From a virus, in the IMG/VR virus record IMGVR_UViG_3300035670_000018, positions 103,364 to 167,363 of that record: a stretch of 64,000 nucleotides of DNA. One strand, given 5' to 3'. Position numbers and translations under genes: made by a program. Positions within the stretch are counted from its first letter, which is position 1; the number at the start of each line of letters is the position of its first letter. This document shows, piece by piece, positions 46,220 to 56,954 of this stretch. The notes beneath the pieces were generated by a model. It did not search any database, was not told the origin of the DNA, and saw nothing but the letters and a program-made list of their open reading frames with translations.

Positions 46220-46492
46220 ATGAATCGTCGTGAATATAATGGTTGGACGAACTATGAAACTTGGCTCGTCAACATGTGGTACGGTGATGTTTTCAACGAT
46301 ATGGCCGAGAACGGCGAGACTGTTGATGCGGAATACATTCAGTCATTCGTTGAAGAGATGCTGGAATCTGACGGCGACCTGCCGCAGTATGGCTTTGCCG
46401 CTGATATCATGAACGCGGCCCTGCGCGAGGTTGACTGGGATGATCTGGCTGATCACTATCGCGTGGAAGAAGAGGAAGAGGTTGATGCGTAA
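46220..46492 (+). CDS. Hypothetical protein (YNGWTNYETW family)
   Basis: Motif; AAGGAG SD. Confidence 0.65.
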   Translation: MNRREYNGWTNYETWLVNMWYGDVFNDMAENGETVDAEYIQSFVEEMLESDGDLPQYGFAADIMNAALREVDWDDLADHYRVEEEEEVDA

Positions 46493-46930
46493 TCATGTAG
46501 CAAAGGCTCTGTGGGCGCCGCGATATAAACAACTTGTAATCAAGAACAAAAAGGTGTATACTCGTAAGGTAAAGCACAAGAGTAAGGAAGATGCGTAAGC
46601 ACTATCAGACATATGCCGAGATTCCGCCTTTGGTTTCAGATTACATCTTGACTGTTGCGAATCGTAAGCATATAATGAGCATTCCGTTGGACGATATCAA
46701 CTCGTTCCTTGACGGGCTCCATGAGTATCACAAGACTAAGCAGGAAGAGTATTCAGAAGGATGGGTGGAATGAAAGAGAAGATCACACTAAAGTATCGTG
46801 GCTCAGGTTATATCGTACAGGCTCTTGAGAACCGCATTCGTCCGGGTGTCGGTGTTACTCTATCGCCTGGTCAAGTTGAAGACCTGTTGCTTGAAGCAAA
46901 GCGCAACCATAACCTCACTGTGAAGATTAC

Positions 46931-47296
46931 TTGATGGCACTAGTCTATACTAAAACATCGTCTGGTCGCAAAAAGCCGTCCAAGAAGACGCTGCGGTTGC
47001 GTGAAGAACGTAAGGCATACTTCAAGTCTATTCTCAAGGACTCTACCAAAGAGCGGCCGATCAATATGCCTGAGCCATATCAAGCCAAGAATGCAATACC
47101 TCTGTCCAACTCTGTCGGTAATGGCTTCAAGCGGTCTGTTGATGACTACAAGTGGAAGCGCGACCGTGAAGAGTCCGCTGCTACCATCAAAGAGATTGAG
47201 AAGAAGAAGGCGCGGGTTGCTCCTGCTTACAATAAGGGTGCTGTCCAATACTTGACTGATGGCACTGATCCTGCTACAATAGGACGTAAGATATAG
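46931..47296 (+). CDS. Basic hypothetical protein
   Basis: APAYNKGAVQY motif. Confidence 0.6.
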   Translation: MMALVYTKTSSGRKKPSKKTLRLREERKAYFKSILKDSTKERPINMPEPYQAKNAIPLSNSVGNGFKRSVDDYKWKRDREESAATIKEIEKKKARVAPAYNKGAVQYLTDGTDPATIGRKI

Positions 47297-47487
47297 AAAG
47301 GACAGGAAATGAAGTATCGGATCTTTCTCGTTGAATCGGAACGTGGTTGGGGCCAAGATTACTGGCATGAAGATTACGATACTTACAGCGCCGCGAAAGA
47401 ACGTATTCGTTCTGTTAATGCAAAGAATACTGCTTCACGTGCCCCCGATTGGTATATGCAAGCTGAAGATAGGATTGAGTGTGTAGA

Positions 47488-47934
47488 ATGAACAAGGTAA
47501 TCGTTTTTGACATTGATGGCACTCTTGCGAACATTGAGCATCGGCGTGCCTTTGTCGCTACGAAGCCAAAGAACTGGAAGGCATTCAATGCCGGTATCGT
47601 CAATGATACTCCGCATGAGGACATTGTTGATTTGCTGAATATGTTCAGGAGTCATCCAGATTATCATCGAATCATTCTTTGTTCTGGACGCGGTGAGGAG
47701 CATCGTAAGGAAACTGAGGATCAGATGTGGAAGTTTGGTGTGAAGTATGCCCAACTCTACATGCGGCCTGCGAAGGATCATCGACCTGATTACATTGTGA
47801 AGGTCGAACTGCTTCAGCAGATCCGCAAGGAACATGGTGAACCCAAGTTCTGGTTCGATGATCGCAAGCAGGTTGTTGATGCAATCCGTGCTGAAGGTGT
47901 TCGTGTTCTTCAAGTGGCTCCGGGAGATTTCTGA
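47488..47934 (+). CDS. Polynucleotide 3'-phosphatase (PseT HAD domain)
   Basis: FDIDGTLA; SGR; LYMR...D.RPD..VK; FDDR.QVV...QVA.GDF. Confidence 0.88.
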   Translation: MNKVIVFDIDGTLANIEHRRAFVATKPKNWKAFNAGIVNDTPHEDIVDLLNMFRSHPDYHRIILCSGRGEEHRKETEDQMWKFGVKYAQLYMRPAKDHRPDYIVKVELLQQIRKEHGEPKFWFDDRKQVVDAIRAEGVRVLQVAPGDF

Positions 47935-48191
47935 TGACGTTCCTGTTAGTGATCGTCATCATTCTCCAGTGTGTCATTCTTGACAAGTTAGAAAGGCTGA
48001 TACGCAAATGAAGTACAAGGGCGGAGAGAAGGCTGCATACCCTGATGTACAGGTGATTGTCGAAAGCTTACATAAGATGAATCAAGTTCTTGGTTCAGTG
48101 CATATCGATGCAGCAATCCTCAAGTTGATTGAGGCATCATACATGATCAAGGATCTTCGCGCTCTCGTTGAGCGGCAAAAGGAATAGTGAA

Positions 48192-48773
48192 ATGAACTAC
48201 GAATTTCCAAACATATCACATATAGATGACGTTCTGTGGGCAATCAAGGACTCTCCTGAGTTTATTGTTGCTGAGAAGGAAGGATATACTGTTCTAAACT
48301 ATGTCGTGGCAACTCACGATACTTTTCCTGCTGGTGATATTCATCGGCGTGAGTGTCGTGGACTAATCTTCGATTCTGAAACTGGAAAGATCACTCGTAG
48401 ACCTCTTCACAAGTTTCATAACATTGGAGAAAAAGAAGAGACTGCTGTTGAGAACTTAGACTTTTCTAAGTCACACAAGATTTTTGAAAAGTTGGATGGC
48501 AGCATGATTGCTCCGTTTGAGATAGGCATAGGTTCTGGTGTTATTCGTTTCGGCACCAAGATGGGCGTCACTGATGTTTCCATGCAGGCCGAAGTGTTTG
48601 TTGCCGAGAATCCACGCTACATGGATTTTTCTAAGTGGTGTATCTCTAATGAGATTACTCCTATCTTTGAGTGGGTAAGTAATCAGCAGCGTATTGTTCT
48701 TGACTATCCTGAGGATAATCTCATATTGATTGCTGCCCGTCATATGATAACAGGTGAGTATATTCGCCTATAG
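48192..48773 (+). CDS. RNA ligase 1 (Rnl1/RnlA), N-terminal part
   Basis: RECRGLIF; KFHN; EKLDGS (motif I); TPIFE. Confidence 0.88.
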   Translation: MNYEFPNISHIDDVLWAIKDSPEFIVAEKEGYTVLNYVVATHDTFPAGDIHRRECRGLIFDSETGKITRRPLHKFHNIGEKEETAVENLDFSKSHKIFEKLDGSMIAPFEIGIGSGVIRFGTKMGVTDVSMQAEVFVAENPRYMDFSKWCISNEITPIFEWVSNQQRIVLDYPEDNLILIAARHMITGEYIRL

Positions 48774-48783
48774 GAATAAGAAT

Positions 48784-49377
48784 ATGGAAAACACTGATTT
48801 TTTTGATATGTTGAAGCACCACAACATTCCTGTTGTGAATGCTTACGACATTAATTCATCCAAGCATCCGTCTTACATAGTGGATATCGTTCGTCAAGCG
48901 GAAGACTTTGAGGGTGTTGTAATCTGCTGGGAAGATGGTTATCGCGTAAAATGTAAGTCGGATTGGTATGTGCGTATTCACAAGGTCAAGTCTCTGCTTG
49001 GGCAGGAGCGTGACGTTACCGCTTTGATCCTCAACAATGAACTGGACGACTTGCTTCCTGTTCTTCCTAAGGAAGACGTTGAGCGAGTGGAAAAGTTCCG
49101 TGATAAGTTAGAGGAAAAAATTGAAACGAATGCGAGAATGTGGAGTGTGACTATTCAGCATCTTCGCAACAAGATGGATAGGAAGACATTTGCTATCAAC
49201 AATGCTCATGCTTGGCATCCATTGATTCGTGGTATGATCTTTTCCTTCTGGGACAAGGAAGTCAACGAACACTTGACTTATCAGGCCATTGTTGCTATGA
49301 TACTCAAGCATTGTGGTAACAACGGTTCCTACGCAAAGGTCAAGGAAGCGTTTCTAAAGGATGTTGATTATGTCTAA
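48784..49377 (+). CDS. RNA ligase 1, C-terminal part
   Basis: EGVVI (motif IV); VKCKSDWYVRIH (motif V); LDDL. Confidence 0.85.
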   Translation: MENTDFFDMLKHHNIPVVNAYDINSSKHPSYIVDIVRQAEDFEGVVICWEDGYRVKCKSDWYVRIHKVKSLLGQERDVTALILNNELDDLLPVLPKEDVERVEKFRDKLEEKIETNARMWSVTIQHLRNKMDRKTFAINNAHAWHPLIRGMIFSFWDKEVNEHLTYQAIVAMILKHCGNNGSYAKVKEAFLKDVDYV

Positions 49378-49726
49378 CTATCATGAAAACTTCTCTAACT
49401 GGGAAGATGTTCAGCGTGAGTTCCAAATGAACGAACAGGAACCTGAGGAAGTATTGTTCGCAATGTATGATACTCCCGACTATGAGGGATATGCAGAGGT
49501 TGTTTATCGTAATGGTAACAAGTTCTACTGGGTATCTGGATCTCATTGTTCCTGCTACGGCTTGGAAGATCAATGGGAACCTGAACAGTATGATGCGAAC
49601 ACTTTCTTGAAGGTGTTTGATCGCAATCATCGTTGGACTGTTGGCAGATACTTTGATGAGGCAACTCAACTTCGTATCAGATCGCGTGTCCAAGACTTTG
49701 TGGAGAACCCTTACAATGGCGCATAA
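49370..49726 (+). CDS. Hypothetical protein
   Basis: GSHCSCYGLEDQWEP motif. Confidence 0.6.
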   Translation: MSNYHENFSNWEDVQREFQMNEQEPEEVLFAMYDTPDYEGYAEVVYRNGNKFYWVSGSHCSCYGLEDQWEPEQYDANTFLKVFDRNHRWTVGRYFDEATQLRIRSRVQDFVENPYNGA

Positions 49727-50192
49727 GCCTACACTCTACATGCTTGTCGGAGTCCCTGGCTCCGGCAAGTCTACTTGGATCGCCGAGAACTTTCCTGATC
49801 TGACTGGTTGTTATGTTGCGTCTACGGATCGCTTGATTGAAATCTATGCTATCATGCGTGGCGCAACTTATGATGATATGTTCAAGGACAACATCAAGTA
49901 TGCTGAGAAGGCAATGCTTACGCATGTCAAGGATGCTGTAATGTATGGATATAACATCATCTGGGATCAGACCAATCTCAATCGCAAGTCTCGCGCACGA
50001 AAGCTTGCTGCGGTACCTAACACTTATCGCAAGATTGGTATATTCTTTCCAACTCCTGAAACTGGAGAACTGTATCGTCGGCTTGGTTCTCGTCCTGGCA
50101 AGACCATTCCTCCATACATCATTGATGGAATGGTTGAGATGGTTGAACAGCCTAAGATTGTTGAAGGCTTTGATGAGGTTCGTGTTGTCTAG
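49716..50192 (+). CDS. Polynucleotide kinase-like P-loop kinase
   Basis: LVGVPGSGKSTW; STD; WDQTN...R. Confidence 0.85.
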   Translation: MAHKPTLYMLVGVPGSGKSTWIAENFPDLTGCYVASTDRLIEIYAIMRGATYDDMFKDNIKYAEKAMLTHVKDAVMYGYNIIWDQTNLNRKSRARKLAAVPNTYRKIGIFFPTPETGELYRRLGSRPGKTIPPYIIDGMVEMVEQPKIVEGFDEVRVV

Positions 50193-50487
50193 TTGGGGAA
50201 GTGAAGTTGAGGTTGAGCGGCGCAATCGCATCCGCTTGACCTTGGCTGCTTATGCTTATGAGTATGATGATAATCCCATCATGTCTGATGCCGAGTTTGA
50301 TGAACTATCACAAGCTATTCGTCCTGAGATTAAAACTGGACATAAGCAACATGACAAGTTCTTCCGTGAAAAGTTTGATCCAAACACAGGGATGTGGATT
50401 CGTCAGCATCCGTTTCTTCGCAAAGTAGAACGCACATATCGTTGGAATCTAAGTAAAGGATATTACAAAAATGAAAACGCTGAGTGA
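50185..50487 (+). CDS. Stand-alone NAD-dependent DNA ligase domain Ia-like protein
   Basis: AYAYEYDDNPIMSDAEFDEL. Confidence 0.65.
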   Translation: MSSWGSEVEVERRNRIRLTLAAYAYEYDDNPIMSDAEFDELSQAIRPEIKTGHKQHDKFFREKFDPNTGMWIRQHPFLRKVERTYRWNLSKGYYKNENAE

Positions 50488-50670
50488 ATATAACGCTGAG
50501 TGGTCTGAGAAGTATAAGAAACTCGGTCGTCATGAAAAGTGGATTGACATTGCATGTGATCATTGTGGTCATGAACTGGCAGGCGAGAATAGTTTGCTAA
50601 TGTCTTTTCCTCCACAACAGAACATTTATTGTCCGAGTTGTGGTTGGCAGGGTAGGAGATTTGTATACTA

Positions 50671-51354
50671 ATGAAGTTCGGCATCTTTTCTGATCTACAC
50701 ATGGAGTTTGAACCGTGGTTCTTTGAACCCGATCCTGATGTGTTCTATCTAAATGCGGGTGATACTCATCCGCACTGGATGACTCGTGATTATTTCCATT
50801 CTTTGTTCAAAGGTAAAGTCTTTGCAGTGAAGGGAAATCACGATTACTATGGTGATTCATTCTGTGATGCTGATTTGGATTTTCCTGAGTCTATCTGGGT
50901 AGAGAAATCCGACGGCAGTGTTCTTAAGATTGCTGGTGCTACTCTTTGGACTGAAATCTCACCTGTTCGTTGGTGGGACTTCAAAGAGTATATGATGGAC
51001 GCAAAACACATCAAGGGTATGAACTATGATCGGTATATGAAGGCTCATGATAATCACAAGCATTATCTGTTCAATGTAGCTAATGCTGATATCTGGGTGA
51101 TCCATCACTTGCCGTCTTATCTGTCGGTACATGAGGACTATCGTAGTTCTAATGGCAATGACTTTTTTGCTACCGAACTGTCGCACCAGATTCTTGATAT
51201 GAAGAATCCGCCGAAGCTTATCGTTCACGGACATACTCACAAGCAGTGTGACTACATGATCGGTGAGACTAGGGTTGTCTGTCATCCGCGCGGATATCCC
51301 GGCGAAAACGACTGGTATCGAAACTATGCACCGAAGATTGTGGAGATTGAATAA
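50671..51354 (+). CDS. Calcineurin-like metallophosphoesterase
   Basis: SDLH; AGD; GNHD; HH.P; HGHTH. Confidence 0.9.
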   Translation: MKFGIFSDLHMEFEPWFFEPDPDVFYLNAGDTHPHWMTRDYFHSLFKGKVFAVKGNHDYYGDSFCDADLDFPESIWVEKSDGSVLKIAGATLWTEISPVRWWDFKEYMMDAKHIKGMNYDRYMKAHDNHKHYLFNVANADIWVIHHLPSYLSVHEDYRSSNGNDFFATELSHQILDMKNPPKLIVHGHTHKQCDYMIGETRVVCHPRGYPGENDWYRNYAPKIVEIE

Positions 51355-52103
51355 TGCTTGAGGGATTGTTTCTTATACAGAAGCAGGTTATCATCGATGT
51401 TCCCAAACTTTTGTCGGAACTAGATAATTCTGCAAAGTATCCCTATGCTGAGTGGTTGATCAACAATCAAGATCGGTATGAAACGCTCAGTCTTGGTGCA
51501 TGGAGTAAACTGCAACAAGGCCTGAACGTTGAGATGGCCAAGAAGATATTGGAGACATGATGACTATACAAGATATCATTGCTTACTTCCTGCTTCTTCC
51601 GATTGGTGGCCTGCTATTGGCCGCCATGCTTCATAACATCTATGAGATGCGGAAGATCAGAGCTGAAAGTAAGATCGCTGCGGCGGAACACAAGAAGAAT
51701 ATGGATGAGCTTAACGAGAGGATCAGAAAGCGTAGAGAACGAGAAAAATTGTGGAGATTGACTAATGATTGATAAGATTCTAAATGTATTTCTATTCGTA
51801 TTTTTCATCATCTCATTGTTCTATTCCAATGTGTTCAAGTGGAATGGTGATGTTCAGAACGCCACATACTTTCTAATCAACGCTGTACTATTGGCAGTTG
51901 TTTATCAGGGAAACAAGAAATGATTACCATCTCATCCTATGAGGAAATGCAATGATGAAACTCGCCTGGATTTGCTATGACTATGTTGAAGATGGTGAAG
52001 ACTTGCCGGAGCCAGTGATCCTGTTCACTGAGCCGGATCTTTATAGATTTCGGATTATCATTCCTATTGTCTATGCTAAGATCGAAAGTGGAAAGATGGC
52101 GCC

Positions 52104-52358
52104 ATGATTACCATCTATACCAAGGACAACTGTTCCTGGTGTGTTCGTTCGAAGGAACTTATGAACCACTTAGGCATGAAGTATGAGGAAAAGAAACTCG
52201 GGTTAGACTTCACCCGTGAGGAACTCAAGGCATTGCTTCCAGAGCATTTACCCTTGACAGTCCCTCAGATTTTCGTGTATAATAAGCATATTGGTGGTTA
52301 CGATGACTTTGTTGAGTATTGTGATAGTCACGGAATAACAGGAGAACATAATGATTAA
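52104..52358 (+). CDS. Glutaredoxin
   Basis: CSWC; TVPQIF; IGGY. Confidence 0.92.
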   Translation: MITIYTKDNCSWCVRSKELMNHLGMKYEEKKLGLDFTREELKALLPEHLPLTVPQIFVYNKHIGGYDDFVEYCDSHGITGEHND

Positions 52359-52623
52359 GTTGAAGCGTACCAGAGAGATTGAGATTGATATTGAGGAAGC
52401 ACAGAATCTTGTAGCACAGGTTTTGAAGGAAGACTTTGATTTTCTCTCAAAGGAAATCAATGAAATGAAGTATAATTTGGGAACTATGAATGGCATCCAG
52501 GTTCAAGACTGGAACAACAGCATGGAAGTGCGTGATGCAATGAAGACACTCATGCGCTACTACATGACACGAAACGACTACAACGAGTTTATGGAACTTC
52601 AGAGGATATATGGCAATGTTTGA
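52351..52623 (+). CDS. Hypothetical protein
   Basis: ORF track; AGGAG SD. Confidence 0.55.
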   Translation: MIKLKRTREIEIDIEEAQNLVAQVLKEDFDFLSKEINEMKYNLGTMNGIQVQDWNNSMEVRDAMKTLMRYYMTRNDYNEFMELQRIYGNV

Positions 52624-52864
52624 TAAGGCTGAACTGAAAGAAAATCTGTCAAAGTGTGTAGCAGAGGTCAAGTTCACTAAAGCTGATGGTAGTGAACGCA
52701 AGATGCTTTGCACACTCATAGACAAGTATCTGCCTGAAGTCAGCCCTAGACCGCTTGAGGAAGCACGAAAGGAAAACAATTCTGTTCTGGCTGTCTGGGA
52801 TATTGAAAAGGAAGCTTGGCGTTCTTTTCGTCTCGATTCAATAACTAAGATTAACTATATATGA
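52610..52864 (+). CDS. WYL-like SH3 beta-barrel protein
   Basis: F.K.DGS.R...TL...VWD.EK.AWRSFR. Confidence 0.75.
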   Translation: MAMFDKAELKENLSKCVAEVKFTKADGSERKMLCTLIDKYLPEVSPRPLEEARKENNSVLAVWDIEKEAWRSFRLDSITKINYI

Positions 52865-52974
52865 GCAGAGAGTGTATAATGCCACATCCAGCTAAGAATA
52901 GACCGCGAACTGGTCGCCGTAAGATTGGATCTAAAAAGCGAAAGAAGGCTGCCAGAAACCGAAAGAGGTAAAAC

Positions 52975-53211
52975 ATGAGCAAGAGCAGGGCTGAACGTCG
53001 GCATCATCATGAGAGGATGCTAAACAAGGTCAAGAAATTCTTTTGGTATAAGAACTGGTTCTCAGGCGAAGAGCATAAGGATCAGCACTAAAGAAGAATG
53101 GCCGAGACGCGAAAGCCCTGCTCTTGCCATATGTGTGGTAATCCACGCAAACATCATAAAGATAAACTGACTATGCAAGAAAAGAGATTTGATGAGTATG
53201 AGATTGAGTAA
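52975..53211 (+). pseudogene. Small Cys-motif gene with an in-frame TAA at 53089
   Basis: Frame continues past the stop into CSCHMCGNPRK...TMQE. Confidence 0.55.
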
Positions 53212-53534
53212 TGTCCGCAGATAATGGAGTCTACATCCTACACACGGAAGGTCCTGAATACCGAGTTGCCTATCATCAGGCTATAGATAATATCTATGGG
53301 AACTTTTCCGATGCATCATTCCAGTGGCAAGGTGATCCGGAAATGATACTGGAATATTTCGGAAATGCACCCATATTTTCCAGTCTTGAAGAAGCACTTG
53401 ACAAAGCGGCTGATATAGCGTATGATTATGAATATCTTGAAAATGGAATTTGTGTCATCAACGATTTCCACGATTGGGACTTCAACTCGCTAAAGGAAAA
53501 CTATGGCAAAGAAGCAGAAAGCAATCCGCGGTAA
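53211..53534 (+). CDS. Hypothetical protein
   Basis: MSADNGVYIL motif. Confidence 0.6.
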   Translation: MSADNGVYILHTEGPEYRVAYHQAIDNIYGNFSDASFQWQGDPEMILEYFGNAPIFSSLEEALDKAADIAYDYEYLENGICVINDFHDWDFNSLKENYGKEAESNPR

Positions 53535-54663
53535 GTTCGCAGATGAAAAGTATCTCGGACAAGAACCTGACCTTCGCGGCAATGTGTCTAACGCCCAAAT
53601 TATTCAAGCATATAACTGGTATAACTATTTTTACGACTCAGCGCAAGCAAAGGCCTGGGTCATTGAGTATTTGAAGGAATTTCACAAACATGATAAGGAG
53701 TTAATCAAAAATGCCAACAGAATTGCTGATAGTAGCCTTAATAATTGCGGCTGGAACTGCCGTATACTTCTACTTGGAGGCACGCTCCCAGAAGACATTA
53801 AGAGAAGAAGCTTTGAAAGAATCACTAGACTTGCAGCTGGAAGTGGCGACACTGAAGCATCAGTTGGGCGTGACTCAGATGGAGTTGGAAGCGGAGAAGG
53901 CAGTGAAGAAGTCAAGCCGCAAGAAGACGCCAAGCGCGTAATCTCTATTCAAGAACGTGTAGCTAATCGCGCTAATGATCTGATTGCTGGTATTGAAGAA
54001 CAGATTGATTTGTTCTATCGTGAAGGCACTCAGTTCAAAGCGTCCGATTGGCTATCACAGCATGATGTAAAGCCTGCTATTGCACAGCGCATTGCAGACT
54101 ATTACAAGCCTCTGTACTCTGAACTCTTTGATGCTCTGTCTGGTAAGATGCCTGAGTTGCGTGAAGCATATTCTCATTACACCAAACCGAAACTGAAGGC
54201 TTATGTTGAGTTTATCAAGTCTATTGTTTCTGCGGCCGAGACCCGTGCTGTAGTTGTCAAGGCTGCTCGGAAGCCTCGCAAGAAGAAGGAAAAGCCGGTC
54301 TCTGTTATTGTCTCTAAACTCAAGTTCAAGGAAAAAGATGATACCTACAATGTCGTTTCAATTGATCCGAAGCAGATTGTCGGAGCTAATCAGCTATGGG
54401 TATTCAATACCAAATATCGAACTCTGGCTGTTTATAATGCTATGGGCCCTGCTGGGCTTAACGTCAAAGGTAGCACTCTGACTGGATGGGATGAAAAAAC
54501 ATCCATAGTGAAAACTTTGCGTAAGCCGACTGAACAACTGAACAAGTTGAAAGACGGTGGTAAGGTCGTCCTTCGGAAGTTCATGGATGAAATCAAGTGC
54601 AAGTCTAAGACTGCTACTGGTCGCATAAATAAAGATGTAGTGCTTGTAAGGATCATTAAATGA
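53503..54663 (+). CDS. Conserved T4-like hypothetical protein
   Basis: NWYNYF; LWVFNTKYR; KTLRKP; GRIN. Confidence 0.7.
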   Translation: MAKKQKAIRGKFADEKYLGQEPDLRGNVSNAQIIQAYNWYNYFYDSAQAKAWVIEYLKEFHKHDKELIKNANRIADSSLNNCGWNCRILLLGGTLPEDIKRRSFERITRLAAGSGDTEASVGRDSDGVGSGEGSEEVKPQEDAKRVISIQERVANRANDLIAGIEEQIDLFYREGTQFKASDWLSQHDVKPAIAQRIADYYKPLYSELFDALSGKMPELREAYSHYTKPKLKAYVEFIKSIVSAAETRAVVVKAARKPRKKKEKPVSVIVSKLKFKEKDDTYNVVSIDPKQIVGANQLWVFNTKYRTLAVYNAMGPAGLNVKGSTLTGWDEKTSIVKTLRKPTEQLNKLKDGGKVVLRKFMDEIKCKSKTATGRINKDVVLVRIIK

Positions 54664-55022
54664 CAAATGTATTCAAGTTTCCTGAGAACAAGATTGTAAG
54701 AGAAGTCCAGCCGTCTGTTGAAGAGATTGAGAAAGTCAAAGAAAAAGGCAAGATCAAATATGCTGATGCTATGATTGCAGAAATCTCTTTGAGTCTATGT
54801 GATGAACTTGAGAACTATGGAATAGACCTGAGTGATGATAGTGGTGAAATGTCCAAAGACTTTATATTTCTAACTGACGTTTTGAAAAGTATTGTATACA
54901 GAAATATGGGCATTGAACACTCTCTTCACAAGTTCATTGATGAAAACGTGGCTGTCTTTACCAATGAAAAAGAATACCGAGAGTATCTTGAAAAAGCTGA
55001 AACTGATAGCGGCGAAAACTAA
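54660..55022 (+). CDS. Hypothetical protein upstream of rnh
   Basis: Operon packing. Confidence 0.6.
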   Translation: MTNVFKFPENKIVREVQPSVEEIEKVKEKGKIKYADAMIAEISLSLCDELENYGIDLSDDSGEMSKDFIFLTDVLKSIVYRNMGIEHSLHKFIDENVAVFTNEKEYREYLEKAETDSGEN

Positions 55023-55034
55023 TAAAGGTGTAAT

Positions 55035-55889
55035 GTGGCTGTTTTGATTGACCTGAACCAGGTCCTGATTTCCAATCTGATGCAACAGATAAATTCTAAT
55101 CCCAAAGTCAAGCTTGATGAAAATCTAATTCGGCACATGGTGTTGAACAGTCTTCGGTCTTATGTCAAGCAATTCAAAGAAAAGTATGGCGACATTATCA
55201 TTTGCTGTGACAGTAAGAAATACTGGCGCAGGGATGTGTTTCCGTTCTACAAGTCTAATCGCAAGAAGGCTAGAGATGAGTCCGGCTTTGACTGGACGCT
55301 GATCTTTGAAACGCTGAACAAGATCCGCGACGAACTCAAAGAGAACTTTCCATATAAGGTGATTGATGTTGAAGGCGCAGAGGCCGATGACGTTATTGGT
55401 GTTCTCTCTGCACGACTTTCCTCGTCAGAGGACATTCTGATCCTATCTTCAGATAAGGATTTTGTCCAGCTTCAAAAGTATTCTAACGTCACTCAGTATT
55501 CACCTATTCTCAAGCGGTTTGTCAAGGTCGACAATCCACATCTTTATGTCAAGGAACATATCATCAAGGGCGACCGCGGTGACGGCATTCCAAACTTTCT
55601 GTCTGCTGACAATGTGTTTGCTCTTGGTGAACGCCAAAAAACGATAAATAGTAAGAAGCTTGAGGAGTGGCTGAAACTGAAGCCTGAAGAGTTTTGTGTA
55701 AACGAGAATATGCTTCGTGGATACAAGCGCAATCAGATGCTTGTGGATCTAGACTATATTCCTGATCACATCTCAGCACAAATTGTTGAAGCATACGAAA
55801 ATGTAAAGCCTGGAACCAGACAAAAGATGTTCAACTACTTCGTTGAGAAGCGTTTGAAGAATCTAATGGAAGTGATTCAGGAGTTTTGA
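55035..55889 (+). CDS. rnh: T4-type RNase H / 5'-3' exonuclease
   Basis: YWRR..FP.YK..R; EADD; SSDKDF.QL; GDRGDGIPN. Confidence 0.95.
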   Translation: MAVLIDLNQVLISNLMQQINSNPKVKLDENLIRHMVLNSLRSYVKQFKEKYGDIIICCDSKKYWRRDVFPFYKSNRKKARDESGFDWTLIFETLNKIRDELKENFPYKVIDVEGAEADDVIGVLSARLSSSEDILILSSDKDFVQLQKYSNVTQYSPILKRFVKVDNPHLYVKEHIIKGDRGDGIPNFLSADNVFALGERQKTINSKKLEEWLKLKPEEFCVNENMLRGYKRNQMLVDLDYIPDHISAQIVEAYENVKPGTRQKMFNYFVEKRLKNLMEVIQEF

Positions 55890-55896
55890 GGAAATA

Positions 55897-56325
55897 ATGA
55901 CAAAAAATATCCATGAAGTTTTTGAAGAGTTAGAAGCTGCACCACACAAAGAAGCAGCCAAAGCAATTCTATTCTATAATATGACACCAGGAATGCGCGC
56001 AGTCCTTCGTGCAAATTTTCATCCTGGTATCAAGTTTGTGATAGACGAAATTCCAGCATACAAAGAAAATGACGCACCCCTTGGTCTTGGTGATACATCC
56101 ATTCACAAAGAAATCAATCGCATTTATATCTTTGAACAGAACAATCCAAGAGTTGATTCTAATCTAACGTTGAAAAGAAAGAAGCAGATTCTTGTTCAAA
56201 TTCTAGAGGGACTGGAAGCGAAAGAGGCCAAGATTTTTGCTGATATGCTGATGAAGCGTATCAAGGTTAAGCATTTGACTAAGAAGATGGTTGAGGAAGT
56301 ATTTCCGGATATCTTTTCATACTGA
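55897..56325 (+). CDS. Conserved T4-like hypothetical protein
   Basis: QILEGL...EA motif; follows rnh. Confidence 0.65.
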   Translation: MTKNIHEVFEELEAAPHKEAAKAILFYNMTPGMRAVLRANFHPGIKFVIDEIPAYKENDAPLGLGDTSIHKEINRIYIFEQNNPRVDSNLTLKRKKQILVQILEGLEAKEAKIFADMLMKRIKVKHLTKKMVEEVFPDIFSY

Positions 56326-56367
56326 TTGAAGTGCCTTATATCATGATCAAACTAAAAAGGTACGGTC

Positions 56368-56757
56368 ATGTCAAGGAAATCAAAACTAGCAAAGCTGTTA
56401 GAGGCAAATGAACAATACGAATACAATACCACGGTTGAGGATTGCCAGAGATGGTTCAACATTCTCAACCGTGAACTTTTTGATAACTCCCTTCCACCTG
56501 TTGATGAGATCGATATACGCTGGCGCCGCGGCGCATACGCATACTATGACTACGACGAAAGAAAGCCAGCTGGTATCTGTAAGCTGCTCATGAACAAACG
56601 ATACAAATCCAAACAATTCTTTGTTGAAGTGCTTGCACATGAAATGGTGCACCACTATCAATACATGAATAACGAAGAGATGGGTCACGGCTCTTCGTTT
56701 ATGAAATGGCGTGACAAGTTCAATAAGAAAGGTTTGAACCTCGTTAGGGATTATTAG
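56368..56757 (+). CDS. SprT-like metalloprotease
   Basis: N..LF...L; AHEMVH; HG..F. Confidence 0.85.
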   Translation: MSRKSKLAKLLEANEQYEYNTTVEDCQRWFNILNRELFDNSLPPVDEIDIRWRRGAYAYYDYDERKPAGICKLLMNKRYKSKQFFVEVLAHEMVHHYQYMNNEEMGHGSSFMKWRDKFNKKGLNLVRDY

Positions 56758-56954
56758 CATGAAGTATAAAAAGAACTATTACGGCACTCATGAAGATTAT
56801 GATGATGACGAATATGCTGAACTAAGAGCAGGGCAAAAGAGACGCCCGATTCGCAATTGGAAGAAAGCATACTCAGAAAATGAAAATGAGGCTGACACAA
56901 TAGACGATTTTTATAGTAATCGAAAAAGTTACAGATAACGTAGCGTAAGCTGGT

